This document shows, piece by piece, positions 26,282 through 40,574 of a DNA stretch of 64,000 nt (position 1 is its first letter; every line of letters begins with the position of its first letter). The notes below the pieces were generated by a model. That model saw only the letters and a program-made list of their open reading frames with translations, made no database searches and was not told where the DNA came from. The position numbers and the translations under genes were made by a program. The DNA is from Octopus vulgaris (Eukaryota). The stretch lies in the NCBI GenBank assembly GCA_951406725.2, contig OX597815.1:119102001-119166000 (forward strand), written 5' to 3'.

Positions 26282-27956
26282 TTATTATTATCATCATCAT
26301 CATCATTATGTTTTTGGTAGTTTCAGGCAAGTTTTTCATTGCACCACCTGGTGCATTTCTGTGTTCCTAAGGTGTGTGTAATAATTTTGTTGTTGTTTGT
26401 CATTGTGGAGGGAAGGTGTTTGTGCTACATTTAATTTGCAGTGTTGTCAGATTTGTTTTTTTTTTGTTATTGTTTTTATGATGTTGCTTTTTGTTATATT
26501 TTGGTGTTACTTTTTGTTCATCAAAGAAAACTTTTATCATATTAAGAGATTATTTGTAGAATATGTCCTATGTGAGAGATGTATTACCAAATTGTGTCTT
26601 GTATAGAATGTGGTCTGTGCTGTACTTTGTACATCTATTTTTGGATTGTGTAAAAATGTTGTTTAGCTCCAGGTAGGTTCTCATCATATAGTTCTATGAT
26701 GAAAGGCAGTCCAGCCGTGACTACCCCATGTTTTTGCACATATAGGACTACATTGATCAGTGTGTCTTTCCTTTATTAAAATGATAGAGTGTGAGATTTG
26801 GGAGATTTTGCATTGGTTTAATGAGATTTGGTGCTATTTCTAGCCAGAAGGTTGGGCTGCTTAGTAGAGGCTCCCTTATCACCTTAATTGTGTAATGTTT
26901 CGATCCATAGCATATAATTTTTTACATTTTAGTTCATTGCCTTTTACAGAGTATTTTTATGCCAGTTGGAAAGCTATTTTTCTTTTATATAATTAAATGA
27001 GGCTATTTTAAACAATAAATATTTCAAATTGATATTAGCATTTTAGAATGATATACTCACTGATTAGTATATTTTAACTTTATTTCACTTTATTTTAACT
27101 CTCTCACAAAAGACCTGTACATATCCCCCTATCATACTTCAGCCTCTCAACACCTGGCATAAAACCATCTTCACTTCCCAAATACTACCCTCCCATCACT
27201 TAGTCAAGGAAACTTTTTCCTTTTTCATTCTTTTTTTGTCTTGCAACTTACTTGGCAACCTCACTAGTGCTGGTGCCACATAAAAAAAACACCTTGTACA
27301 TACTGTAAAGTTGTTGGCACTGGGAAGGGCATCCAACTGTAGAAAACATGCCTATGCAGACATTGAAGCTTGAAGCAGTTCTCTGGCTTGCCAGCTCCTG
27401 CTGAACTTTCAACTCAACACAGAAAATGAACATTAAATGATGATTTACTTCAGATATAACCTAAACTTTACATCACATATTTTCATTCAAAATAATCACT
27501 TAAACTAGAAACTTGTTTCATATTATCCCTTTACTTTCTCCATGACTTTCTCAAGCTAATGTTTATTTGGATTGGAAAGCTACTTTATTTATTCATTTGC
27601 TTTTTCCCCCCTTTGCTCTGATTAGTGACTCCAATATTCCCACCCACCCATCTTAGATTGATCAATTGCTTCATTCCATATTCATATTAACATTAATATT
27701 TTGTTCTCGATGTAATTCACTTGTTATTTATCCTCCGCTGTATATTTTCTTTGGCCAATGAAATCACTCTTTTAGTTTTGACATTGTTGTTTTAATATCT
27801 CTTGCTTCATAATAATTAATAATTACATACCAACTTCTTTTCTCTCTTTCCAATGATTATTTTGCTTTAACTTTTGGTATCTTTTCTTGTATTAACTGGT
27901 TGCTTTACACAAGCTTTTCTTCTATTTTTACATTTCATTATGTTATATATATATGC

Positions 27957-27989
<33 letters not shown>

Positions 27990-28739
27990 TGTATGTATGT
28001 ACATACACACACACATCTGTCTTTGTATGCATATATATATCTGTGTATGTATGCAAGCGTGGAAAAGCAGACATTAAATGATGATAACAATATATATATA
28101 TATATATATTCCGTCCAATAATACTTTATTTGTTCCACGTCCTCGCGTTGCTGTGTTTTTTTTGTGTTTTCTTGTTTGGATTAACTATATATATATATTG
28201 ATATTGTTATACTTTATCATCATCATTATCATTTTAACATCCATCTTTTACCATACTTGTATGGGTCAGGCAGAATTCATTGAAATAGATTTTCTATGCT
28301 CTGATGCTCTTCCTGTTGCTAACCCTCACATTGGTGACATATGCATATACATACACACAGACTTATGTATGTGTATATAAATATGTGTATATATGTATTT
28401 TATATATGTCAATTTCATCTGGGTTTTAATCTGCATTAAAAAGCTTGTCTATGGATTTCAGGTATTAACAATCAGATACTGTTACATAATGAAAATAGAT
28501 CATTTTACTGATGATATATCTAAAAATCAATTAATATCCATAAAGTTTATATAAACGTGAACAAGGAGAATAAAGTGAACAACTTATTTATTACATGATA
28601 CTGAAATTGTTTAATCGACACTTTACCAGAAGATTATTACTGGAATATTATTATATAATATTCAAAATAATATGCTGAATCAGTATTATTTAAGCAATGC
28701 TGGAAAATACCAACTCATCAGGTTGAAATTAGCATTAGA

Positions 28740-28777
<38 letters not shown>

Positions 28778-28779
<2 letters not shown>

Positions 28780-28985
28780 CCATGTTGATTCGTTAGCTAC
28801 TGCACGCATTTTTTTCTCTCCTTCTTTCTGTGTTTTTTTCTCTCTGTGTATCTTTCTGTTGAAGAGCGTAGGCTCGAAACGTTAAAGACTTGTTTTATTT
28901 ATATTTCCTGAGCGCCATACTAATACAATTGTTCGTTTGTTTTCCACCTGCCTTCGTCTTTTGTCTATTTTCATAAAGCTTCCCG

Positions 28986-28988
<3 letters not shown>
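28778..28988 (+). mobile_element. Penelope pseudo-LTR-like element in (TA)n with a minimal hammerhead-like motif
   Basis: TCTTT-CTGTTGA-AGAGCGTAGGCTC-GAAA-CG-TT-AAAGA at 28851-28888; flanked by (TA)n; homolog at 43655-43850. Confidence 0.6.
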
Positions 28989-29020
<32 letters not shown>

Positions 29021-30442
29021 CTTAAATGTTCGAATCTATTCACTAATTCTGCTTGTTCTTAAAATATAACCCTTTCATTTGTTTAACCCCTCGGTACCAA
29101 GTTAATTTGTTCGTTACTCTGTTCATTTCTTCAAACCCCGATTGTTTTAAGTCTACTGTCCCCAATCAAAATCTTTGCAGCCCGCCATTCGTTCGCGGTT
29201 CGCCCGCCCTCCCACCCCCACCACCCTCACCACCCATACCGGAGAACACTCTGTTTACACCATCCCCACCGGATATCCCCTCTACCACCGCCACCACTAC
29301 GTGTGTCTGTTCCTCCTACCCCTCCTCCTCAATATACTTTCTCACTATGTATTTTACCCCTGCCTCTCTCCCCCTGGGCAGAAGCAGCTAGCGCTGCAGC
29401 TCATCAAACGTCCCACTTAACCTGTTATCTTATGTTCCTCCTGTTTTGAAATGTGTCACTGCCTCAACCGGCTATCTCCTTCCAGCCCCCTCCCCCACTC
29501 GTGATATCCTACGTTTTACTTCCTACTTTTCATTCTGTCTAGAACCTGCCACCAACCCTACCTGTCATCGTTTCTCTTTACCCCAAACCTTCCCCACTGG
29601 TGCTCCCCTATATTACATGCACCCCCCCACTCTCTCTCCCTCTCTCCTCTCTGCCAGAACCCTCCCCCCTGCTGCAACCCTCCCCCCTGCCGCAACCCTC
29701 CCCCCTGCCGCAATGCAACGAAAAAAGGCAATAACTGATCGTGGCCGATGCCAGACCCCTCTGGCACCTGTGCAGGTGGCACGTAAAAAGCACCCACTAC
29801 ACTCGCGGAGTGGTTGGCATTAGGAAGGGCATCCAGCTGTAGAAACACTGCCAGATCAGACTGGAGCCTGGGGCAGTCCCTGCTCCCCAGACCCCAGTCA
29901 AACCGTCCAACCCGTGCTAGCGCGGAAAACGGACGTTAAACGATGATGATGATGATGATGATGATATATATATATATAATGATGATGATACACACACATA
30001 TATTTTACTATTGATAATATGATACCATTGGTTTTATGCAAATACCTTTGCAATTATCCAATCATCATTCGAATAATATTGGAAGTTTTGCCATTTTGTT
30101 AGATTGAGTGCAAATGAGATTTCAAACAAAAGTTCATGTGATAACAGATGGTGCAACGACAAAAGATTTAATGAAGTGGTTAAAATATTATTCAAACTAT
30201 GATTAAATAATTTATCTTTTATCTTTTACTTGTTTCAGTCATTAGACTGCATCTTCAATTTTTAGTTGAATGAATCAACTCCAGTACTTATTTTTTACAC
30301 CTGGTATTTATTCTATCAGTCTCTTTTGCCAAACTGCCAAGTTATGGGGATGCAAACACACCAACACTGGTTGTCAAGCAGTGGTGGGGGACAAACACAG
30401 ATGCAAAGATACACACACACACACACATAGATATATACATAC

Positions 30443-30574
<132 letters not shown>

Positions 30575-32624
30575 AAAACATTTGAGCGAGGTTGTTGAGC
30601 TGGCTCCTGTGCAGGTGGTACTTAAAAATCATCATTTGAGCATGGCTATTGCCAGTACCGCCTGACTGGCCCTCATGCTGGTGGTACATAAAAGCACACA
30701 CTACACTCTCTGAGTGGTTGGCGTTAGGAAGTGCAGCTATCTGGTTCGCCAGTCCTCAGTCAAATCGTCCAACCCATCCATGCTAGCATGGAAAGCAGAC
30801 ATTAAACGATGATGATCATAATGATGATATATATATATATTTATATATATATATATATATATATACACATGGTGCCAAAAAAATGAAGATCAGGTGAAAA
30901 AGACCAAATGCAGTATGTATTATTATGTTGATGTTCAGGAAATGAGAGAAAAATGAAAAGAATATCTTTTATGTTTTGAGTATTCACTCTTCCTTTGAAA
31001 GAAAGAATAGACAAAGAGAGAAAAAACAGAAAAGGCAAATGGAGATAAGGAACTACATTTTGATCAATTTGATATGTGACAGTCATCAGGTGTCTTATTC
31101 CTGGGTGAGTATACTGCAGCAGATTAGATTCGAACTAAGCATCTTTATTTCTAAACTAAGCATCTTAATGTTCTTATTCACTTGGCCATTTACTTATGAC
31201 AGTTGCGGATCAAACTGATTGAACAGTAGTGTAACTACATAATGAAGCATTATTTATCTCTAAAGGTGAGGTTAATAGATTGAATAATTATAATTATAAT
31301 CTTATTAATGGCAACTCGTCTCAAACACTTGGTCATGTATTTAAATATTCTGTCGGATATTATAAGCAGTCTCTAACATTTGTTAGTTCTATTGAGTACA
31401 TGTTTAAGTGAATAACATTCTTCAAAATCTTATTAGTCTTGTAATTAGAATATTAGACCCATTTTCTTCATTGGTATGCTGATTGCCTCCTCTAGGTATG
31501 GGCATATTAGTGGGAATGAGCAACTATAATATTGTATGGTGACATAAATTGAACAGACTTTAGTACGGATGACAATTTCTCTTAAATTTTGTGTCATCCT
31601 AACATCTGATTACACTGCATATCTTCCTCAGTTATCTTCTGCCATAGGTATTTTTCTTTGCCCTTTGCAACAAGGTTCATTGGTCAGTAGGTGTAGATTA
31701 CAAGGAAGAAGACTCCAGTTCTTACCAGTTGAGAGTTTCCATAATTCACTATTAGTAGTGAAGACCTTCAAGTCTTGCAAAGGACATGAGAACTCCATAG
31801 TACTGGTGCTATGTAAAAAGAATGTAGCATACTCTGTAAAGTGAGTGGTGTTAGGAAATGATATCCAGCATAAAAACCAAGCCAAAAATGAAGCAATCAA
31901 GTGAGTTACTGTCTTCTGACTCTTGTATGTGATTAGTATCCCTCAAATATCTACTGACTCCAACAATGGCAACCTGTCCAATCCATGGTAACATGGAAAG
32001 TAGACATCTGACGCTGACAAAGTTGATGATGCTACCACCAGCTAGTGGTTAGTTTGTCTTTGCAGATTGGCAAATAGGCAACATTTCTTCAGTCCGTGAA
32101 ACAGTCTTAGCTTCTAGCAACCTGTCAATTAACATCAGGAGTCATTAAATAACAACAATAATAGTTTCAAATTTTGGCATAAGATCAGTAAATTCATGTA
32201 ACGGAGTAAGTCAATTATACTGACCCCAGTGCTCAACTGGTACTTATTTTATTAACTCCGAAAGGAGGAAAAGCAGAGTCAACCTCAGCAGAATTTGAAC
32301 TCAGACTGTAAAGATGGACAAAACATCACTAAGCATTTTACCCAATGCGCTAACAATTCTGCCTTAATTAAAAAACAACAATAATACCAACAACTACAAC
32401 AAAGCTCGCAACTTAATGAACCCCTGTTTGTTACTCTACATTAATATTAGGAATTTACTAAAAGGATGTGGCATTGTTGTCGTTTAACCCTGTTGTCGTT
32501 TAATCTGAGCAGATTTAATATCAGAGGTACTTTACCTGTGATCATCCTATCTTGTTCTGTTTTTGCAGACACTGTAGTGCACCTTGGATCACATCATCTA
32601 CTGTGTCCTTTCCCTTCTGTATGA

Positions 32625-32810
32625 CAGTGCTCCACAACCAGTATGCCGCGACACACTGGTGTGCCTCTAGAGAATGCTAGGTGTGCCACAGTGTAACCTG
32701 AATATAATTTTTTTCCCTATACTTTTAGTTATACTTTTAGTTCAGGTGTGCTGATGAATTTTGAAAAGAATATAAGTGTACCACAATTGAAAATAGGTTG
32801 TGGAGCACTG
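32625..32810. mobile_element. hAT MITE with 8-bp TSD
   Basis: CTGTATGA|CAGTGCTCCACAACC ... GGTTGTGGAGCACTG|CTGTATGA. Confidence 0.9.
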
Positions 32811-33221
32811 CTGTATGACATGAGGTGTAATCTGAAAGCGACCTGGCTGTTATTTCTAGCTAGCCGTTTGACTACATAGAGTTTTTCTTGTTGGCTTGTT
32901 AAATGTTATTTAGGAAACTGAAGCAAGAATTCTTAAAAGATTAGTGAGCTACTCAGCTCTTGTCAAATTAGTTAACCTCCCAGCAATTAACCATAATTTG
33001 AAATTTTATTTTGTCTTGTTTTTCTTTGATTTTATTCAATTCTTTAGTTTTACGTTAACCTATTTGAAAACTTGCTGTGAGAAATTGTGTTATTGAAAGA
33101 ATATTCTGCTAGTTTTCTTTTCATTAAAGCTAACACTAAAGTTAGAATTATGCAGATAACACCTTATTATAGAAGAGTTGACTTGGATATATCTCCATTT
33201 CAGAGAAAACTGTGAATATCC

Positions 33222-33408
33222 AACCAGAAAATATTCTGTAGTAATGCCAAGATAAAGAAACCAGATTCAGTCTCAAAGCTGGATCAGCTTACATCAATAT
33301 ATTGATTTTTCTTGCTCTCTTCCAATTTTGCACATCTCGTAAATTCTAGAAAGTCTGCTGAAATTGTGGTTCTCTCTACAAAAAAAAAAAAATGACTTTT
33401 GCATATTA
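33222..33408. repeat. diverged direct repeat, copy 2
   Basis: Matches 26100-26281. Confidence 0.9.
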
Positions 33409-34805
33409 ATCTTAGTAAGGTAACTGGAAAGACTTTTTATGTGCTTTTACTAAACAGCTTGCTCTTTTGAGATTTGATAAACAGGTAAAAACCTTTATTA
33501 GCTAACAGATAGCATTCCAACCTCAATGTGGTATTTTTAACATAGCTCTTATCTTATTTATAGAGGTGAAAATGGCTGAACAGATCAGGTATCAGCCTGC
33601 TAGCTCACTGTGACTTTGTCTTCTACTGCTGACATTTTGTTTTGTTTCTATGAAGGACACTTAATTCTACTTGCCCCATTTTACCCAGACTTTTGCTGCA
33701 ATAGATGAGATTTGTTTCATGTTTAATTCAGTAAATGCCAGTCAGACTTATCAATAAGCTAAATGTTCTGATCTGATCTGATCTGATCTAGGACACTAAA
33801 TAATACTGCTAAAATTATATAATATCATTCACTGAAATGAAGATGGAAAAAAAAAATAATAAAGATATTTATACTCCACTTCAGTCAAAAGATTTCTTGA
33901 CAAATGTTACTTCTTGTTATGTTATCTTTGAAAGGTGACAACTTCAAATTTCTTTGCTTTTTCATTTTTATCTAAATTACTATAGCTCCAGGTCGGTCAA
34001 AGTATTATGAGCAAATTTGGTAGACAGAAACAGAAAAGAAGCTTATAATATATATATATATAGGCATGGGTAGGTGGAGGCTTGGCTGTGTAGTAAGAAG
34101 TTTGCTATCCAATCACATGGTTCCATGCTCAGTCCCACTGTGTGGCATTTTGGGGAAGTGTCTCTACTATAGCCCTGGGTTTACAAAACCTTGTGAGTGG
34201 ATGTGGTTGAGGAAAAACTGAAAACCCATCATATATTTATGTGTGTATTTGTGTCTAATTGTCATGACATCATGTAAATCATTGTCACTGTCATAGAAGT
34301 AATGTCGTTCATTTCCAGTATTCTGCAAAAATATGTCTGGTCATGGGGAAGTGTTACTTTGCTTGGAAATAGGTAAGACAGCAAGAGCATCCAGCTCTGG
34401 AAAATCTGCATCAATAAATTCCATTTGACCCATGCAAGTTGACATTAAAATGAAATGATGAAGATGATGATGGTGTGTGTGTGTGTGTGTTGGAAACAGG
34501 TGAGGGTTAGTGACAGGAAGGCCATCTGTTTATAGCAAACTCTGCTTCAGCAAATTCTGTCTGACCCATGCAAGCATGGAAAAGTGGACATTAAATGACG
34601 ATGTAATAAATTATATGGTGTAAGGAGCACATTTAACTCTTGTGGTAGAAGTTTGGTGAAAGTATAGTTGTTGGAGTTTAATGGGGATAGATAATGTTGC
34701 AATAACAGCTATATCTGTTGGACAACAGGTTTCCTTTTGTTTTTATAAAAGGCAGGACTTTATGAGAAGGAAGATGCTGTAAAGCAGTGAAATACAACTG
34801 ATTAA

Positions 34806-34934
34806 CCTTTAACATGTATAGGCACATCGTGCTGCCATATAAGTTTTCTCCGCTGTAGCTGCAGGCGCATTGTATTGCATTGAGAAGGGAGAAAACTTGT
34901 ATGACAACATGATCTGCCTACAGTGTGCTAAAGG
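34806..34934. mobile_element. piggyBac-like MITE
   Basis: TTAA|CCTTTAACATGTATAGGCA ... TGCCTACAGTGTGCTAAAGG|TTAA. Confidence 0.75.
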
Positions 34935-35135
34935 TTAATAATGTGCATGTACAGTGATTGGAGAGGAATGAAATCAGTATAGTCTTTTGGATTTACTAGA
35001 TTAACTTACATGAACAAGTGAGGCCTGACAAGAAAATGGTTGGGGAATGAAGAAATAAGACGCATACAGAAGAGATGAGGTAGAGCTGTCACAATTGTCA
35101 GGTCATTTAATGCTTTTATATTTATATACATACAT

Positions 35136-35194
<59 letters not shown>

Positions 35195-38100
35195 TGTGTG
35201 TTTACAATATTAAAAGTTAACAGTTTTACCCTTGGCTAGACTGTTTATGACACAGTCATGAATATCTTAATCAAGGGTAAAATTCAAAATAGATTGTCAA
35301 CCTTTAATACAATAAACATATCTATCTACTCTACCCAATGTATTGGGTTCTATATCAGGTTAAATTTGCACTGTGTAAACTGTATATTTGTATATACTTT
35401 ACAACTTTTTCATTATGATTCATTATTGTATCATCATCATCATCATTTAATGTCCATGTTCCATGCTGGTATGAGCTGGACTGTGATTATATTTCAGTGT
35501 GTGTATGATCCAAATAAGAAGACAAAGAAAGATTTTATCACATTTTTAATGACCATTTACAATTGCTTCTGTAACCATTGTGTTTTCAACACCAGTTCAT
35601 GCAATAGTTCCAAGTGAAAATTTATATTATATTTTGGTTTTAAACGTCAGAGTAATACTTCTTCACATCTGCATCAAGCATACTTGTTTGTGTGTGTGTG
35701 TGTGTACGTATGTATGTATAAAACACAGCTGTCACTTGCAAACAGTTATGACTTAATAGTCTGTACTGTTCTTTCAATAACTGTTTAAGGTGCCTTTGAA
35801 GTAGTCATGAATGCACCTACTCTTGACTCTGCTACTCTTGACTCAGTGGAGCATCAGTGATGTGACAGATGGAGGAAGAGAGGGCTGTGCAAGCATTCAG
35901 CTGGTACTCATTAGGGTGGAGCAATGTGAAATGAAGTGCCTTGCTCAAGGACCCAGTGTATCAATCAATCCTTACAATTATGTGCTTCTCACCATAACCA
36001 CTAAGATGAATTCCTTCACACACACACCTTACTTTTCCTGTTAGTTCTGATGTGTATAGCTAATTTTAGGGGATTTAGATGACAGACACAAGGCAAAGTT
36101 AAATGATATTCTCCATAGATGCTGAAGATATTTGTTCAATGTAAAAAAGATTTAAAGCTGAGTTTGTAGATCTATTTAACATTTAAACAATATATTTCTG
36201 TGATGATGAAAATATAGCAGTTTGCTATTATCTGACATATCCAGTTTAGGCAATCATTCACATCCACAGTTGAGTGAATATTTTTAAATGTGCATTCCAT
36301 GTTGATGATGATAATGAAATTCTAACCAGTGTTAAATGTTAAAGAAGATAGATATCAAGAAATTTGCAAGTTTAGCTAGTATCCTGATCTGTTTAAAATG
36401 TTCCTGAACATAACATCGTGATGAGATGAACTGTGTAATTAATTTATTTTTGTTCTGAAACTGATGTCTTTAAAAAACAGAAACAAGATATATGTTGTTA
36501 GAAAGAAATATTCTGCTTTCTTATAGAAGCTCTTGTAGAAATAGATATTTCACTGTCTTGATATTTTTTCGAAAGAGTCTCGGTGTGTTCCTCTTTTTTC
36601 TTTTTTTTTTTTTGTCTCTCCTGTTAGCGTTTCAGTTATTGGATTGTGGCTGTGTTGGGACACTGCATTGAAGGGCAAACAAATCAACCCCAGTGCCTAT
36701 TTTTAAGACTGATACTTATTCTTCATGCCTGTTGTCAAGCACAGGTGAGGCAGAGGACAGACAGACATAGTCTCTCTCTCTCTCTCTCCCCACACACACA
36801 CGACAAGCTTCCACACAGTTTCTGTCATTCAAATTTACTCACAAGGCATCAGTCACCCCAGAGCTACAGAAGACATTTGCCCAAGATACTGTATGACAGG
36901 ACTGAACTCAAAACCACAGGATTACAAAACAACCTTCTTAACCACACAGCTATGTTATGTATGTCATGTGTTTATATATCAATTTGTTAATAATTAGGTG
37001 CTAGTACAATTTTCACATCAGGAATAAAGTAAATTGAATCAAAGCCTAGTTTATTACTGGTATTAATTTTTTTTTTATCTTAGAGAATAAGGAAAAGAAA
37101 AGTTGATTACCATCTGCACAAATTCTTCTAAATAAATTTATATATTTGTTCTTTATGTGCATGCATGCACGTGTGTGCATGTGCATGCATGTGCCTATGT
37201 ATGCATGTGCATGAATGTGTGTGTGTTATTATATAATATAAGGCTATTAATTTTATGCTGTTTTATTCAATTGCAAGGAATTCTAATTTGCAAAAGAAGA
37301 CTGCCTTTCTAGCAATTTCATCTGTACTTTTTGTGTTGCTATTTGAAAGGGTGATAAAATTATCACATTTATTAATGTCGGATACATATTACATAAGATA
37401 ATGTATAAATTGTAATTATCATAATTATTTTCACACACATACATAGATATGTATGTTCAGTAAAAAAATAATACAATTAGTCTACATTAGTTTATTTTTC
37501 TAAACATTCTCTCAATAAGACTAACCAAGACTTACATGCTGCAGAAATAGATATTGTTACTAGTTGGATCCTTTTGGTATCAACCTACCTGAAATAGCTC
37601 CTGGTTTGGTGATACAACTTTTTGTTTTAAAATGGTGTCAGTTAGAACTTTCCATCAAAATTTCATGCTAATTTATGTTTAACATGCCAGCTTAATAATG
37701 ACGAAGTTATTATGATAAATTCTTTGTTATTTTCAAGATTAATTGAAACTCCGCATAAAAAGCACTGGTGATGGTGCTGCATAAAAGGCATTGGTGCTGG
37801 TGTCACATAAAAACCACTCTGTAAAGTGGTTGACATTAGAAAGGGCATCCAACTGTAGAAACCAAGTCAAACCAGACGATGGAACCTGGTGCAGTTCCTG
37901 GCTTTGCCAGGTGCTGTCAAATTGTTCAACTCATGCCAGCATGGAAAATGGATGTTAAATGACAATGATGATGATGGGAGTGTATTTCAACAGGAATATA
38001 GTAATGAAATGGCTAATCTCTCTAATCTAGCAGTCAAATATTTATTTTCTTTTATTTTTAACTCTGCACCACAAGTTCTCCTTAGTATTTGATGTAGGCT

Positions 38101-39263
38101 ACCTTACAACTATAACCCAAATTAAGACCTTGTGTTGGCTATCAAATTGAAAGATCAAAGCTTTTCTTCAGTTCAATAGGATGTTTGCATACATTATGAC
38201 AGAATCTTTATTCTGCTCGTCTGAAATTCTTTACAATGAAAATTCTTTGCTCAGCTGTAACTATAGTTTCCTTCTGGCTGAAAATGTGATCAAACTTTGG
38301 TAAAGGAATAGTATAAGTAACTGGAACTGAAACATTTGACATTCACATAAAATCTCAATTTTGACTGATTCATTTCAAACAGGATTTATTTTCTTTCATG
38401 GAAGGCCAAGATTAGATCTCATAACCTTAAGCTACCAAAGATCAGCAATTATAGACTAAATGAGCCGTTCCGTTACTGAGTCATCATCATGTCTTTGATT
38501 CTAGTCTTAGCTTTCTTGGTAAGCTTTATAGTTGTAACCATCTTGTCAGTGAACAGTATGTTGTTGTAAGGGATTAACTATTGTAATTTATGTCTGGAAC
38601 ACTTAAAATAATGAGGATTTATTAGAGAGAAGGTTTAGCTAGTGTAGGTCAAGCACCTTATGTAAAAGCTTCCTAATTGACTTCGGATTATAAAGTTACT
38701 TATAAACACCATTAGTAAGGATTTCGCTGGCTTAACTGCTAAAGAATTCTGCCAGAATCCCAAAAGATTTGGGCGTCTTTTCCATTTAGCTGGTTTGTTA
38801 AATTTTCTTCATCTTTTGATTCTTCAATCCAAGCTTAATAATGTGTTTAACATTGTTTGTCTGTTTCTATGTGACTGGCATACATTCAGGAACTGCTACT
38901 CATACACTTTTACTCTGCTTATATCTATTGCATTTTCGTTTCTATTCATCGACACAGTTGTCTGCTATTTAAACAGCTGAGAGTTGTTTTATAAAGCAAT
39001 GTCAAAGTTTACCTTAATTTCAGTTTCCCCTGTTTTAGTACCAATCCTCGCATGTGTGTGTATGTGTGTGTGTTGTATGTCTGTACATGTATTTGTTTAC
39101 AATAATTATTTTAACTACTTGTCATTAAATTCACTCATTTTCAATTCAAAGACCTTGTTTCTTTTTACTAATCCACCTAGAGCTCTCACTCCTCCTTTGT
39201 ACACACACACACACCTGTCTTTCTGTCTGTCTGTCTCTATCACTCTCTCTATGTATGTGTGTG

Positions 39264-39314
<51 letters not shown>

Positions 39315-39894
39315 CTGAAATTAATCATTTAAGTAGCTGCACAGCCACATCTGTGTTTATTAAAAAATTCATTAATAACTTCATGGTTCTGTGTTTGATC
39401 GTGCTGTGAGGCATCTTGAGCAAATGTTATTTGTGGTATCCTTGGATTGAGCCATATACTGTCAGTGAAATTTGTTAACCAAAAACTGTGTAGAATTTCA
39501 CTCCATGTGTGTGTGCGTGTGTGTGAGTAATATTTTTGACAAATGGTTTTATGTTGATTAGTAAGTTTAGTAAAGCACATTCACAGTTTGGGCCATCTGG
39601 TGTCATGTATAGTTGGGGTATATTTCTGCTGGATCAGGAATTCCGAGTGTTTGTTGAGATAATAATAATCAATGAATGAAACGGAACATGGACTTAGCAT
39701 TAGTCTTTATTCAGTGCGACATATTTAGTAGGACACCACTTTATGTATGCAAGTACCTGATGTGACCCAGACTGCTCAGATCAATGCAACACAATTGGAT
39801 GCACAACATCCTACCCATGAAGGACAGTCGCAAGAGGGGTCGAAACAATCGTTGTACTCAAAGACTAATGCCAAATCCATCTTTCACTTCATTC

Positions 39895-39937
<43 letters not shown>

Positions 39938-40460
39938 GAGTGAGAGAGCAGTGCATGCCATCAAAGTGACACTGGGGTAAAATATATGAAGCCCAGTATA
40001 CCCATCATGACTACATGTCTGATAAGGGTACACCAGGCACATGCGTCACAACCCTATGTGCATGACATGGTGATCTCATATCAAGATAAACAGCGCATGA
40101 CCTTGCAGGTAGGGCCCAGTTATAATTTTCTTTTGGTTGACTAGCCCATTCCACTCAAAAGGTCCCTGAATAAGGATTGTTTAAGGATGTTGAACAAACC
40201 ACCCATATTTCCAAAGGTGAATTATCCAAACCTCTAAGATGCTCCCCAACTACTTCTGCTTGTGATCAGAGATGCACATATCGTCAGCCACTAAGGGACC
40301 TGCTCAACTGATTTAGGTCAAACAACTGACAAGCAAATCTGTGGTATTGAGCAGAATATTTGCTGTAGCCCATCTTTTATGCCAAGACAAAACAATGTAC
40401 ATGATAACACTTCCAATCAGTTAAGATCAGGAGCCATGAGAGCCACTGTCTGGTACTGCA
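39938..40460 (-). mobile_element. about 530-bp non-coding element in (ATT)n
   Basis: Collinear with 61866-62410; both copies abut (ATT)n tracts. Confidence 0.8.
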
Positions 40461-40574
40461 TTATAATAATATAATAATTATATCTTAATAATATAATAAT
40501 TATTATATATAATATATATATAATAATATAATAATTATTACTATTATATACATATATATATATATATATATGAG

